Source of the DNA: Octopus vulgaris
Lineage: Eukaryota
Assembly: GCA_951406725.2 (NCBI GenBank)
Contig: OX597822.1
Location: 27,218,001 to 27,282,000 of the forward strand
Reading direction: 5' to 3'
DNA: 64,000 nucleotides
Below, piece after piece: positions 51,221 through 64,000 of the stretch. The position numbers and the translations under genes are program-made. Under the pieces are notes generated by a model, which was not told the DNA's origin, did not search any database, and saw nothing but the letters and a program-made list of their open reading frames with translations. Every line of letters starts with the position of its first letter. Position 1 is the stretch's first letter.

Positions 51221-51931
51221 ATATATATATATTTATTATCAGACGTAGGGACAATCCATAAGTGAATAAGTGTTAGATATCACTTTTACCCTCTGCATAA
51301 GAATTTACCCAGACAAACGAATTTCACTATGCCTGTGGGTACATGCGTGTATCTCCGTGTGCGGCTGGGTAAGTGCGCGAATGCGCATGCGCGTTTATAA
51401 TCGTGTATACCGGTGTAAAATAATGTAAACACATTAGGATAATCCATATTGTAAAATGTAGGTAACTCCTCTCAGAGATCGATAAATATTCGTAAGGTCG
51501 ATAAAATGAGTTTGAACATATTACGTAATGCGATCAATATGATGAACTAAAACTCATTAAGCCACACCTCAGCCGGCTCGTAATACAATACTGTAACTAA
51601 TAAGAGTTATGTGTATATCTATATATCTATATTACACACACGCACACGCGCACACACATACACATACACATATACTTACGCGCGAACAGACACATACGTA
51701 CTCATGCACACATATATGTATGGAGTAATACGAGGTCAACCTGTTACTCAAGAAATACAATTCCAACTACATATGTTGAGTGCAACTTCTGTTCGTTCTT
51801 TCACTCACTTATGTACACACACACGCGCGCGCGCGCACACACACTCATGCACACACACACTCACACACACACACACTCACATAAGTATACATGTATGTGT
51901 GTGCGTGTGTTGTGCGCTTATGTCTATCTAT

Positions 51932-52205
51932 GTTTGTTCCTTCTCGAGCCAAGCCTGGCTCATTAGGGCCGGTTTCCTTGGCGTATAGGTTCTCCACCTG
52001 GACGGGACGCCGGTCCGCCGCAGGTGGAAACGTTAGCAGGGCATTTCGTCCGTCTTTACGTTCTGAGTTCATATTCCGCGCGAGGGCAACTTTGCCTTTC
52101 ATCCTTGCAAGGTTGATAAAATAAGTACGAATTGAATACTGGGGTCAATGCAATCGATTTAGCCCCTTCCCCAAAATTGCTGGTCTCGTGCCAAAATTTG
52201 AAACC
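51932..52205. mobile_element. Tail type 3 (minus, 51932-52024) abutting SINE family B (plus, 52025-52205)
   Basis: The first part is the reverse complement of 63110-63208; the second matches family B. Confidence 0.8.
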
Positions 52206-52554
52206 ATATGATTATGTGCGTATTAATATTTGTTTTTATGTAAATTTATATATATAAACTTTATATTATCAATCTGAACGATCACAAAAAACCATGTATT
52301 AAAGTGTATATTTATCACACGTTAACAAAGAGAAGGTTGTCAGTGACTTCGATGTTTCAGCTTTCGTTAGACTGTTTTGCGAAGTCAGAGAGAATAATTT
52401 CCCTCTGAAGGCTTCATACATATATATACACCCTCATGCATACACAGATATATGAAAATATATATGTGGTGTGTGTGTGAGTGTGCGTGTGTCTGTGTGT
52501 GTGTGTGGTGAATGTGTATGTATGTATGCGTGCATATATATATTTTATTTATTA

Positions 52555-52609
<55 letters not shown>

Positions 52610-52663
52610 TGGATAAACGAAAGAAAGGGCAGTCACCACATTTGTTGGGAGTTAGATGCATTA

Positions 52664-52838
52664 TTCAAAACAGTTTGGTCCAAATTCCATGTTGCTTCAA
52701 GTTTCGAAGGCCTTAACAGAGTCTTCCTCGTCATATGCTAATAATCCGAATAACCGGAGAGGTGAGCCTCAAGAGAAAGGCTCCGTTAAGGCTTTTGAAA
52801 CTTGAAGTAACATGGAATCCGAATAAAACTGTTTTGAA
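52664..52838. repeat. 66-bp imperfect inverted repeat (foldback)
   Basis: Arms 52664-52729 and 52773-52838 with about 11 mismatches, mostly transitions. Confidence 0.85.
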
Positions 52839-53437
52839 CAGTATACATACATACATACATACATACATACATACACACACACATGGTGGCTGCCCCCTCG
52901 TTATCGAGTATGGCCATTGCACAAAGCTAAATCAATGTTGTTATCGTGCAATGCCTGTGCAAGAAGATTTTTTTTAAAGTGAGGAAAGGCTGTGCACTGA
53001 GTCAATCCCAATCACTAAGCAACAGCAGCCATAATCTGAAAAGAAGAACAAGTCAACATCATCGGTAACCACTGAGCCGCAGGTTTTATGTCGGAGTTAT
53101 TCCAGTTACCTGAGTTACCTTCTCCTAGAAGGATGCTCTAACATACATACATACATACATACATACATGCACACACATTTATATATATACACATATCTGT
53201 TCGTACGTATATTTATATATAAATTTTTGTAAGGAGATTTTCCAGCAGAATGAAAAAGACTTACCGTAAGTCATGTCTGCCATGTTAAAAGGAAAGGCAG
53301 AAATAAACCATCACATCTCAGACTATACCTGTCTTGAATTACCAATCATGCTATTGCCATACAAGAAAGGTAATCATACACATACACACCATACACACAA
53401 ACACACACACACACACACGCATATATCAAATTCACAG

Positions 53438-53605
53438 AAAACAAAAGACGAAGACAGGTGTACGAGCAACAAGCAGGTATATTAGTTTAACGCTCGGGAA
53501 GGATGGAAAAAGTTTTTACGTTTCGAGCCTACGCTCTTCGAGCGAAAGGATTAAAAGGAAAAAAAAAACAGAGAGAGAAAAAGTGTGTAGAGATTAACGG
53601 TTTAT
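53438..53605 (-). mobile_element. Penelope-like terminal repeat fragment, second copy
   Basis: Homologous to 37738-37905, including TTTACGTTTCGAGCCTACGCTCTTC. Confidence 0.55.
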
Positions 53606-55117
53606 ACATCTTCGTGTGCATACAGACAAATACACACATGTTCATATAAACACACGCAAAGAAATATATATAAATATAGATTGCTTGGTTTGGGGGCTCA
53701 AAAAATATAAGAGTGGGGAATACATTATGAAAATGTAGCGTGTCGTCGTAGTCGTCGTTATCGTCGTCGTCGTCATCACCGCCACTACCACCATCGTCAT
53801 CATTATCACCGACATGGTCTGACGAAACAGCAAACTGATTTGAGTTCCAATGTTTGCTTTAGCATGGTTTCTGAGGCTGCAGGTCTTTACTCATGCCAAC
53901 CATTTTGCAGAATGCAGTGGGCGCGTCAGCAAGTAACTCGAAAGATTAGATCCCTCAATTGAAAGGTGGTGTAGTATTGAGTGAGGGTGACTTAATGCTA
54001 GGTGTTGAGAGGGTAAAATACGATTGAAGGACATGACCGGGTGTTTTCTTGCAGAGGAGATACGAAGCTACCGAAGCTTAGAAGAAAGTAAAATGATTGG
54101 GTGATGACGTTTCGGGATGCAAACACAAGGCACAAGTGAGAACACACACAAAGTATCGGTAAAGGTGGGTGTATAATATGTATGTTCATTTGAGTGTGAA
54201 AGGAGAGCGAAAGATGGTAAGAGATGAATGCAGCGTTTTGTGAGCGGGAGTGAAGGCGTAGTCAATGATCATAATTACTTGGGGAAGAATGTGAAGGAAA
54301 TAGGAATAGGTCACGGAGAAAGAGGAGATGATAAATGGTAGTAAAAATGAAAGGAGGTGAAGAGCAAGAGCATAATAATGCTGAAGAAAGATGTGAAATA
54401 AGGAGAATCATGTGACATGTGGGAGTGAGAGAAGGATGCACAGTGATATAGGTTGAAGTGAGACTAACGTAGGTGGGGAGGAAATAGTGAGTGATGAACA
54501 AAGGTGGTGTGGCTCTCAAAGGCACATGTGAGAGTGTTCAGGAGAAAATGGAGTGTTTATGTTAATTGTTGTGATATAAGCTAGGATTACGTGTCTCGAA
54601 ACGCAGTTTCATCCAGCCTGTTTTTCAAATGAATTTACACAGCAGCAGATAGAAAAATAATTATTTCCACTACCTCTGCCGTGCTCGATCGAGTAAAGGA
54701 CCTAATGGAAATAGCCTTCGTATTTATCGTCAAAGTTAACTTGTATAAACTAATATATATATATATGTAGTGAATAAGAAGACACTAGTGCAAGAATAGA
54801 ATGGATAAGCACCGAATTAGTACTAGTGCTGATGAAATTCTTAAATTCCAACTTCTAAGTCAGTGTTAATAACTTCGGTAGCACAAAAGAGTCGGTTATA
54901 AGAAATACAAAGCTGGAATGAATATTAAGAAAGGACAATAGACAAACAATTATAGACGGCAGGAATTCATTTGTGTTGAGACATTCCGATGCATATTACA
55001 GGATAGAATCAAAATAAAGCTTTGAAGCTGGTTAAAGCAAAATCGGCAAATAGCCGATATAACAATGCACATAGTACAAACAGGTGTTTATAATGAAATG
55101 ATATTACAAAAAGATAT

Positions 55118-55564
55118 GGTGGCGAGCTGGATAGGTCGTTAGCATGCCTCGCAAGATGTTTAGCGGCATTTCGGCCATCTTTAGGCTCTGATTTTAAATT
55201 CCACCAGAGGTTGATCTTGCCTTTCATTGTTTCGGGGTCGATAAAACTAATACTAGTTGAGCATTGGAGTCGGTGTAATCACCGTGGCCCCTCTCCTTCA
55301 AAACTACTGGCCTTGTGCCAAAATTTGAAACCAATATTTCAAAAAGACACTAGGTGGCGAGCTAGAAGAATCGACAGCACGCTGGGCAAAATGCTTAGAG
55401 GCATTTCGTCTGTCTTTATGTTCTGAGTTCAAATTCCACCGAGATTCACTTTGCCTTTCAGCCTTTCGGAGTCGATAAAATAAATACCAGTTGAGTACTG
55501 GAGTCGGTATAATCGACTTATCTCCTCCCCGAAATTGGTGCTCTTGTACCAAAATGTTAAATCA
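55118..55564 (+). mobile_element. Two tandem SINE family B copies
   Basis: Copies start at 55118 and 55354, separated and flanked by ATATTACAAAAAGATAT-like 17-mers. Confidence 0.85.
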
Positions 55565-56116
55565 ATATTACAGAAAGATATACGGAAACGCACACATATG
55601 TCTATTTAAAAACTTATGTTTTTTTATGCAGACTCGTACTTGAGTTTTGTCGTTGCCCATGACAAATATAAAGTACAAACACTGAATACATACCCACATG
55701 CACAGAGTTTCTTGAATATGTAAAAAGAAACCTACATACACACATATTCACATCTTGTTCAAATAGAGTTATAAATCAAATATTTATTAGGGCCCGTTTA
55801 CCAATAAGGTGATAGGAAATGAATACAGAATGGCTTAAGCTGGATATCGAAGCCTTGCTGAGGACATGACCTAAAGAAAGCTTACTTTATACTTCAACAA
55901 TGCAGTGTTCGATGCTCCATGTTTCACATAATATATTTCTACATTATAGATCTTGTTGGTTGTTGGTAGCAGACAACTTGAAGTGTATTGAATTTACAAC
56001 ATGGGCATTCCATATATACATATACATTCATATATACAATAGACGGATATTCATCTATATACTTATACAAATATGTACGTATACATACATAAAAACGTGC
56101 ACACATACGTATATAT

Positions 56117-56342
56117 ATTTCTTTATTACCCACAAGGGGCTAAACATAGAGGGGGCAAATAAGGACAGACAAAGGGATTAATCGATTACATCGACTCCAG
56201 TGCGAAACTGGTACTTTATTTATCGACCCCGAAAGGATGAAAGGCAAAGTCGACCTCGGCGGAATTTGAACTCAGAACTTAACGACATACGAAATACCGC
56301 TAAGCATTTCGCCCGATGCGCTATCGTGTCTGCCAGCTCGCC
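56117..56342 (-). mobile_element. SINE family B with TSD
   Basis: TSD CACATACGTATATATAT at 56102-56118 and 56342-56358. Confidence 0.9.
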
Positions 56343-56357
56343 ACATACGTATATATA

Positions 56358-56465
56358 TGAGTTCTGATGAAAAGTATCGGTGCTGGTGCTATAAAAAGAA
56401 AACCACATCATATATCAATACGGTGTTTAATCTCCTTCGAAGTAGCCCCCTTCTGAAGCGACGGA
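56358..56465 (-). mobile_element. mariner 3' end fragment
   Basis: Minus strand encodes VASEGGYFEGD* (mariner C-terminal GxYFEGD), followed by TIR-like sequence. Confidence 0.6.
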
Positions 56466-57329
56466 AATAGTATTAGATCAAAGTAGCAGTCAGTATATCT
56501 TACTTAACTTGGATATACCGCAGAAAGACAAATACCTGCGGTATTCGTCTCGAGAGAGCAACTTGTATAGATGTAAAGAGCTAAAAAGCACAGAAAAATA
56601 TGAACACGAAAAAAAGCATGAAAAATGTCCCTCAACGGCGTTGGAATTCCTAACTTTAGATTTCTGCATATTTGCGTGTCATCAGTAGTAAGTATCCATT
56701 TGCAGTCGCATGCTTAGATAAATTTAGTCTCTACTGATATAGAAAAATATGGATCAGCAAACTAATGTTGTCGCTTATAGCCAACAAGCTTGATTAAAAT
56801 TCGTTATTTGTGACAGAAGCAGTATTAGATCAAAAGAGCATTCTGCATATTTTATTTAACGCGGATACTCGGTAGAAAGTTACACAACTGCGGTACTCAT
56901 CTCAAGGGAACATATCGTATAGACCTATGGCGCTAAACATCACACAAAAGAATACTACTAGCAGAAACTGGTATAGTAGTTATTTCTCGGTTACACATGT
57001 TTCAACAATGTATGGGTAATAAATAGTTTAGTAAGTTGGAAAACATGAATATGAACAATGATTATATAACATTGATTGGTAATATTTATTATATAATGAA
57101 AGCACTTAGTCATTTCATTACGGCATTGATGAATAAATTAATTCGAAGACAACTTAAATCACTTTGATGGGAGGTGGTCATGTTTTTGCAGAAAGGAGAT
57201 TGCTCTAGAAATGCAAACAAAACAGTTAAGAGTTACGGTTTTAGTGTATTACGTGACTAAGTCATTTTATAATTTGGATTCATTAACTAATTTATATAGG
57301 TAATGGGTAGTAATTTTCTTCACTACTTC

Positions 57330-57660
57330 AGGGAGTGATGACCCTGCCTGACACGAGTCCCGGACTCAGCTGACTCCGGCTGATAGTACCCGGTATGGGC
57401 CCCTATCCAGGGTTACCGAAAGGAGACAACCTTCAAAGAAATCTGGAGTGGAGCCCTGTAGGCAGTTTAGTGTTCGGTTTGACACTTTTCCGGCAGCTCC
57501 TGCAGCCAAGCTGGTGCCAAACGTAATGCTCTGCACTCCTTTGGACTACGTCAGCAAGGTCGAGAGAGGAATCCTGATGATTGGGCTACCCAGGATTTTC
57601 TTACATCTAGCCCAGGCCTGCGCAAAACTGGAGAGGAAACTGGAGGGGAGATGAAATGTA
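57330..57660 (+). mobile_element. Probable RTE-clade LINE 5' UTR fragment
   Basis: GC-rich island. GGAGTGGAGCCC...CCGGCAGCTCCTGCAGCCAAGCTGGTGCCAAACGTA...CCCAGGCCTGCGC...CTGGAGAGG is recalled as a conserved RTE leader; unverified. Confidence 0.5.
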
Positions 57661-58064
57661 AAAACCAGACTGGATTAGTTTATGCGCAACTCCATTGACT
57701 CTCGAGACAAAAGGATGCCAACAACAATATTCAAACAGTTGTCTAGTCCAAAGTGTACTACGTTATTAAAACTGTATCGTTGCCCAGTGTGTCATAAATC
57801 AACTGAGATACGCAAGTCTAGAGTAGCTACAAAGAGAATCTGAACGATCCGAGAGAGAACAAAGAAGTCTGGAAGAGAAGATGAAAGGAAAACAGATAGA
57901 AACAAGAGCACTTAGACAGCGCAAACCTACACCAACGCAACACCAACGTCCACTCAAAGATTAGCCAGAGGTGATTTTTAAAATGAGAATATCTTAAATA
58001 AACTCGTCTGCTCTCACAAACGAGAATACTAAAAATGAACCCGACCGCTCTCAAAGATTAAGTA

Positions 58065-58275
58065 AAAATACTGAAAAAATAATCCAGAATCCTTGTCTGG
58101 TACCAGATCAATCCCAAAATCTAATCAGTTCATGCCAGTTGCGAGGCCAAATATCCCTTACAATTTCATCCGAATCTATCCAGCGGTTCTTGAGATATCT
58201 TGTCCACGGACAAACAAGCAAAGAAACAAACGTGACTGAAAACAACAACTCCGCCTTCGCTAAGGCGGAAGTAGT
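58065..58275. mobile_element. Helentron/DINE-like non-autonomous element end
   Basis: (CAAA)-type short repeats then terminal hairpin TCCGCCTT-CGCT-AAGGCGGA; classification from memory. Confidence 0.5.
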
Positions 58276-58495
58276 TAAAAGGTGAGAGAGGGCTAAATTA
58301 TAAGGGTAAGCACAATGTGTAATCTCCAATGTCTATACCATTAAAGGGACCAAGAGTATAAAACTGATAAGAGTAAAATAATGAGTAAAATAATTGGAAA
58401 ATATATCAAGTAGCAAAATATTATTAGAGCATTTCATAAATGAAGAATAATTATAAGGAACTATGGTTAGTTTTGTACTGATACGCTGCCGGTCT

Positions 58496-58685
58496 TGGCG
58501 AGCTGGCAGAATCGTTAGCACGCCGGGGAAAATGCTTTGCGGCACTTTGTCCGCCTTTACATTCCGAGTTCAAATTCTTCCGAGGTCGACTTTGCCTTTC
58601 ATCCTTTCGGAGTCGATAAATGCCAGTCAACTATTGGGGTCAATGTGATTGACTTACCCTCTCCCTTGTGCCTAAAGTAGATAGG

Positions 58686-58721
<36 letters not shown>

Positions 58722-58830
58722 AAGCGTGTGCTGGCGGAATCGTTAGCACGCCGGGCGAAGTGCAAAGCAGTATTTCGCCCGTCTTTACGCTCTAAAAACA
58801 AAATCCGCCGAGGTCGACTTTACCTTTCAC
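58496..58830 (+). mobile_element. SINE family B copy with (TTA)n tail plus a second partial copy
   Basis: GGCGAGCTGGCAGAATCGTTAGCACGCCGG-like heads at about 58497 and 58728. Confidence 0.85.
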
Positions 58831-59229
58831 CCTCCCCTTCTGGTATTGTGCATATGATTATTATTACTATTATTATTATTATTATTATTATTATTATCAT
58901 TTTTTTAATTGCACAATAATACGATATGTAATAAATAGATATTGACTCTGTTTATTGAACTTGTAGAAGACTATTCCGACAGCGTGCCTATCTTTCACTG
59001 GTTAAAAATGATAAATATATATAAATTTATATAAATTTGAACTGGTATATCCTGCATTCCTTTCTTGACAAAATGACATCATAAAGTCTCACGTCTTCAT
59101 AACTGGTAACAAGGAAGACGAAAAAGATGGAAGAAGAAAAGGAAAGAGAACACTTAGTCAAAACGTTTTGTGTAAATGTCATGAAATTTCTTGTCATTTT
59201 GTTATTCCTGCAGGGCGTAACTGTAGTAC

Positions 59230-59520
59230 TTCACGAATATATTTATCTGCGTTTGTTTCAAGGATTTAAAGTGCAACGGAGTCAGCATATTTTCTGAGAA
59301 TGCGTACTTTTAGGTGCTCCTCGGATTTATAACCGTTTGATGTGAAATGTTCGGCAAGTTCCGTCGAAGTATTACTTCTCTGGCTCACGTCATATCTATG
59401 CCCTTTGAATCTTTCGTTTAATCTTTGTGTCGTGCAACCAACATATAAATCTAGTTGTGTTTGATGCATTCAGCTGTGTACACCAAATAGCAAGTCATTA
59501 TAGGTCCCACCTGAATTAAC
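59230..59520 (-). mobile_element. Penelope-like element GIY-YIG endonuclease fragment
   Basis: LVYTAECIKH / LYVGCTTQRLNERFKGHR...ELAEHF fits the GIY-YIG pattern (IY..C..YVG.T...L..R...H) of PLEs. Confidence 0.78.
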
Positions 59521-60405
59521 AGAAATAACAAAATGTGTGTGTATGTGTATGCGCACATACACACACACACACACACATATTGTATACCTCGAGATTAAAT
59601 ACGCTGCTTATTGTTCTGACCCTACATTGTCTAAGTTAATCCCGCCGTGAAGAACAAATCAATCGACCTTCATTTTAGTGTTTTTAACAAATTTAATCTC
59701 GATTCACATACTGTAAAACGTTGAACGCCTGATGACAAATGCCTATCGCCATCAAAAATATTTACGTTAAACTCGTCGCTCAGAGACTATCACATCTCTA
59801 GATGTGTAACCTTTTATTGTTTATGGAAGATTCCTAGTGTTCACATATATATTAACTTTGCAGAGTAAGGTGCAGATACGCAGAGTCAGACGCACACTAT
59901 TTGAAATCATTTTAAAGCGCAAAAGTACAATATCATATCAAGCTATTGTTTCGTTATCAGCGGACTTTGAATAATATGTTCACGGATACAATACTTTTCC
60001 TTATCATCGTGGTCATATGTGTGTGTGTGTATAGTCAAAATGTACCCAATTGTATGTTGATTTAAAATATAAGTCTACACATGTCTATCTATCTATCTAT
60101 CTATTGACCTAACCTATCTACCTGCCTACATATATGCTTATGTAGATAGATAGATAGATAGATACATACATACATACATACATACATACATACATACATA
60201 CATACATACATACATACATACATACATACATGCATGCATACATGCACACATATGTGTATACATTTTTCATTGACAGAACTTACGAAATAAATGCTATGCG
60301 CAAAACTTTCGGCTGTTGAGTCACTTTGTGACTTCTGCCAATAAAAAACACATACCATCGTATATCGAGTTCTATTTATCATGCTTGTTCTACAAACGGC
60401 CTCCC

Positions 60406-60468
<63 letters not shown>

Positions 60469-60954
60469 TTTCTCTCTCTCTCCCTCACTAAGAATATGCG
60501 TGTGCGCGTGAGTATGAATATGTATGCATAATCCCTGGCTAATGTTCCCAATGATTTCTTTCTTAAACATCTAGTTATCTTGTGTACATTTTAAATCACC
60601 GTATAATTGGATATTTCTTCAGTTACACCAACAACTATAGATGACAGCTGAGAACATTTTGCTGATCGCATTTCGATGTCTGTAAAACACAAACATTATT
60701 CCAGTAAGAGGTATTACTTCTCGGTTTGCTTTTCATCTACCATTATAGCTGCGGACAAATTTATTCATGAGCCTTGGAGCTTAGTAAAGGAAAGAAAATA
60801 AGATAATTTGTCGTTGCTGTTTTTCTCAAAAATTTTTATAACGTAAGTGAAACGAATTCATCGAAGTTGAAAATTAAATTCGAGTCAAAGATTCCGTTCC
60901 ATCGAAACTGATCTCTTATTCTACATCGAAATAGCAAACAAATCTCTGTTATAT

Positions 60955-61188
60955 CTATTTCTTTATTACTCACAAGTGGCTAAACATAGAGGGGACAAAG
61001 AAGGACAGACAAAGGGATTAAATCGATTACATCGACCCCAGTGCCTAACTGGTACTTAATTTATCGATCCCGAAAGGATGAAAGGCAAAGTCGACCTCGG
61101 CGGAATTTGAACTCACAACGTAACGGCAGACGGAATAACGCTAAGCATTTCGCCAGACGTGCTTACGATTCTACTAGCTCGCCGCTTT
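60955..61188 (-). mobile_element. SINE family B with TSD
   Basis: 15-bp TSD AAATCTCTGTTATAT at 60940-60954 and 61189-61203. Confidence 0.92.
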
Positions 61189-62123
61189 AAATCTCTGTTA
61201 TATATAAAGTCAGGCGGCATTATGAAAAAAGGAAGACATATGAAGTAATGTAGTCCTAGGTAGCCTTAAAAAGGCTGGATAGTCATAACTGAAACGCCTT
61301 TGTTCAGAAGTGTGGTTATTCAGGTTTAACCAATGAGAAAATAGCAATAACAACGGCGACAGGTGCTATATGTTCTTACATTCTCATAAATATCCTAGAG
61401 AGGTGGATGACCAGATGTTTATTGTAATACGCATATGTTACACTGTGACTTTCATACTTTATCCAAAAAATTAATGTGTCCAGTACAATTAAAATAGCTT
61501 CCATCAGGAACATGGCTCATACGAAACCTGCTCTTTTAAGAGTGAAATTATCATAAGTATGGAGATGAAGCGAATGCTACACCGAGTCAGTATTTCGGTA
61601 AGTCACGTTCAGGTTTCAGGTGCCCATATGAAAAATACTTTAATTCGTATCTGCTACCAAAGTATTTTACATTACAATTCCGCTGCCTCAAAGCCTGTGA
61701 CCATAGTAACTGAGAAATTAATTTGAAGTTATTTTAGGGCAATATGTGAAATGAGCAAAACAAGTAAAAGTTCTACAACAGAACTAGAAACCGCTACACG
61801 GATAAAGCATGTTGCAGGCCAGCTGGTAAATGGTGTAAGATACAGCATACGGAAGCTTGCTGTCGAGTATTGGCAAAAGCAGTCCATACAGCGAATCCTA
61901 CTTGATTCATTTAATTGTCAGAAATTAATAGTGTCGTTAAAAAGTACGTAATCACACATAACCGATACATTGCTCTTTTTCAGCATCTGTTCTTCGCGTT
62001 CTGGGAACAAATCCCGTCTCTTATCATGGGTTTCATCATGGCGGGAAACTGTGTATTCAATGTCCTTGCTAATATCAAACGACATGGCATAATTGGGTTC
62101 ACATATCGGTCACATTAATGTAA

Positions 62124-62185
<62 letters not shown>

Positions 62186-62229
62186 TATTATTATTATTAT
62201 TGTTATTATTATTATCATTATTATTGTAA

Positions 62230-62710
62230 TATGCCCTGATGTACTTGGCAGTGGCTCTCATGGCTTCTCATCTTAACTGGTTGGAAATATTATGTACATG
62301 TTTTGTCTTGGTGTAAAAGAAGAGCTTCAACAAATATCGCTTCTCAGTTGTTTGACCATAAGTTGAGCTCGTCCATTATTAGCTGACAATATATGTATCT
62401 CTGATCACGAGCAGAAGTAGTGGGGAGGGCATTATAGCCATGTGTTGGGAGGAGTCCTTTGGGGTTTGAATAATTCACCTCTGGAAACATGGCAATTTTG
62501 TTCAACATCCTTAAACAAACCTTATTCAGTGCTCTTTTGAGCGGGATGGGCTACCCCACCTGCAACATCATGCGCTGTTTATCTTGATATGAGATCTCCC
62601 AGTTGTGCACATATGGTTGTGATGTATGTGCCTGGTGTACCTTATCAGACGGGTAGTCATGATGGGTAAATTGATCTTCATATATTTGTATCCCAGTATC
62701 ACTTTGATAA
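62230..62710 (-). mobile_element. Probable non-LTR retrotransposon 3' UTR fragment abutting (TAA)n
   Basis: Complex sequence ending ACATCAGGGCAT into (TAA)n on the minus strand. Recognised from memory only; single copy here. Confidence 0.35.
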
Positions 62711-62922
62711 GGACATAAATTCCTCTTACAAGGCTTTGGTTAACACGAAGTTGTAGTAAAAGACTGTTTAAAATACCACGCAGTGGGACCTTGTAGTTGT
62801 GAAGCACACTTCTTAACCAGAGGGCTATGTCTGTAATATCTTTTTTCTTTTACTCTTTTTACCGATAACAATGACTCATTTGCTGATCATAATTCTTTTC
62901 GATAAAGGCCATCTCCAACTAT

Positions 62923-63215
62923 GTGGAGGCACATGGCCTAGTGGTTAGAGCAGCAGATCGCGGGTTCGAATCTCAGACCGGACGATGTGTGTGTTTATGA
63001 GCGAAACACCTAAGCTCCACGCGGCTCCGGTAAGAAGGTAATGGCGAACTTCTTCTGACTCTTTTGCCACAATTTTCTCTAACTCTTTCCTCCTGCATCT
63101 TGCAGCTCAACTACGACGGACCGGCGTCCCGTCCAGGTGGGGAACCTATACGCCAAGGAAACCGGTAAACCGGCCCTTATGAGCCTGGCGTGACTCGAGA
63201 AGGAACAAATAATAA
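62923..63215 (+). mobile_element. SINE family C head with tail type 3 and TSD
   Basis: A box TGGCCTAGTGG, B box GGTTCGAATC; 12-bp TSD ATCTCCAACTAT at 62911-62922 and 63216-63227. Confidence 0.9.
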
Positions 63216-63869
63216 ATCTCCAACTATACTATGAACAACATGAAAGCAAAGTGATATTCAGAGTTATCCTGAATAGACAGAGACCTCAGGTAGAAAGCAT
63301 CAAAGCCGAGGAACAAGCATGCTTCTGCAAAGTTAGAAAACACTACTGAGAAGACCAACCTGCGCTCTCTCACTGCGTGAAACCCCTTTGATACTAAACT
63401 TATTTATGCCATATCTTTATAGAGTTCATGAAGATATTGAATTATCTATGGCGTGATGTTCTATAAGCCACCATGCAGAAATTCAAGATGAGAGTGAATT
63501 TGATTTGTGCTACCCAATTACTGCTTGATAGTGTGACGCCAAGGTAGACAGGAAAGGGCTCCCTACTATTCTAGGTATTGATCTAACTATGGACTAGCTA
63601 CTTTCCCACACTCTCAGCTTCTTCTTAGAACGGATCATGACCGAACGTCCTTGAAGACCATGTGAGCAGTGTTAGTAACGGAAGGAGAAATATTGGAAAT
63701 TTAAATCTTTTAAAAATATTTATAGTTATTGATGTACTGGCAGGAAAGGAAGATGATATGGTTGGCATAGTTACCGTCAAAGAATCTCCATTATATTTGG
63801 AATGGAAACCAGTACGGAAGCCAAACAAGTGCTAACATGTCAACGATGTCATTACAACAATTACAACAG

Positions 63870-63942
63870 ACATTTCAGTATAAAGAGAGAAACTAAAGAC
63901 AGTGCAGAAGTTCAAATATCTGGCAGCAATATTAATGACAAG
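63870..63942 (+). mobile_element. LINE reverse-transcriptase fragment
   Basis: SIKREKLKTVQKFKYLAAIL resembles the RT motif L+.V..FKYLG. Confidence 0.45.
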
Positions 63943-64000
63943 GAAAAGGCAGCGAGCTGGTAGAACTGATAACGCGAGGGGCAAAATGCTTTCTGAGTCT

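Overview
AT-rich, microsatellite-dense eukaryotic DNA with no credible host protein-coding gene. Almost all listed ORFs are translations of (TA)n, (CATA)n, (CA)n or triplet repeats, or of transposon DNA. The repeat families look like those of an octopod cephalopod (Octopus-like), but this is recognition from memory and is unverified. The window is probably intergenic or deep intronic. It holds more than 40 copies or fragments of four tRNA-headed SINE families (called A-D here), several with clear target-site duplications (TSDs). Other elements: two ~97% identical 517-bp non-autonomous Helitrons, several mariner/Tc1 derivatives, decayed RTE and CR1 LINE fragments, an R4/Dong-like restriction-like-endonuclease LINE remnant, and Penelope-like pieces. 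The best leads are: (1) a type I hammerhead ribozyme motif with an intact catalytic core at 25505-25552, plus two variant-core hammerhead-like motifs in a repeat; (2) combinatorial SINE head/tail swapping, with one head on four different tails; (3) a structured module present in three copies that forms a ~100-bp foldback at the 5' end of the RLE LINE remnant; (4) a near-perfect 93-bp inverted duplication; (5) a tRNA-like Pol III cassette enclosed by inverted repeats. All identities and coordinates were read by eye.
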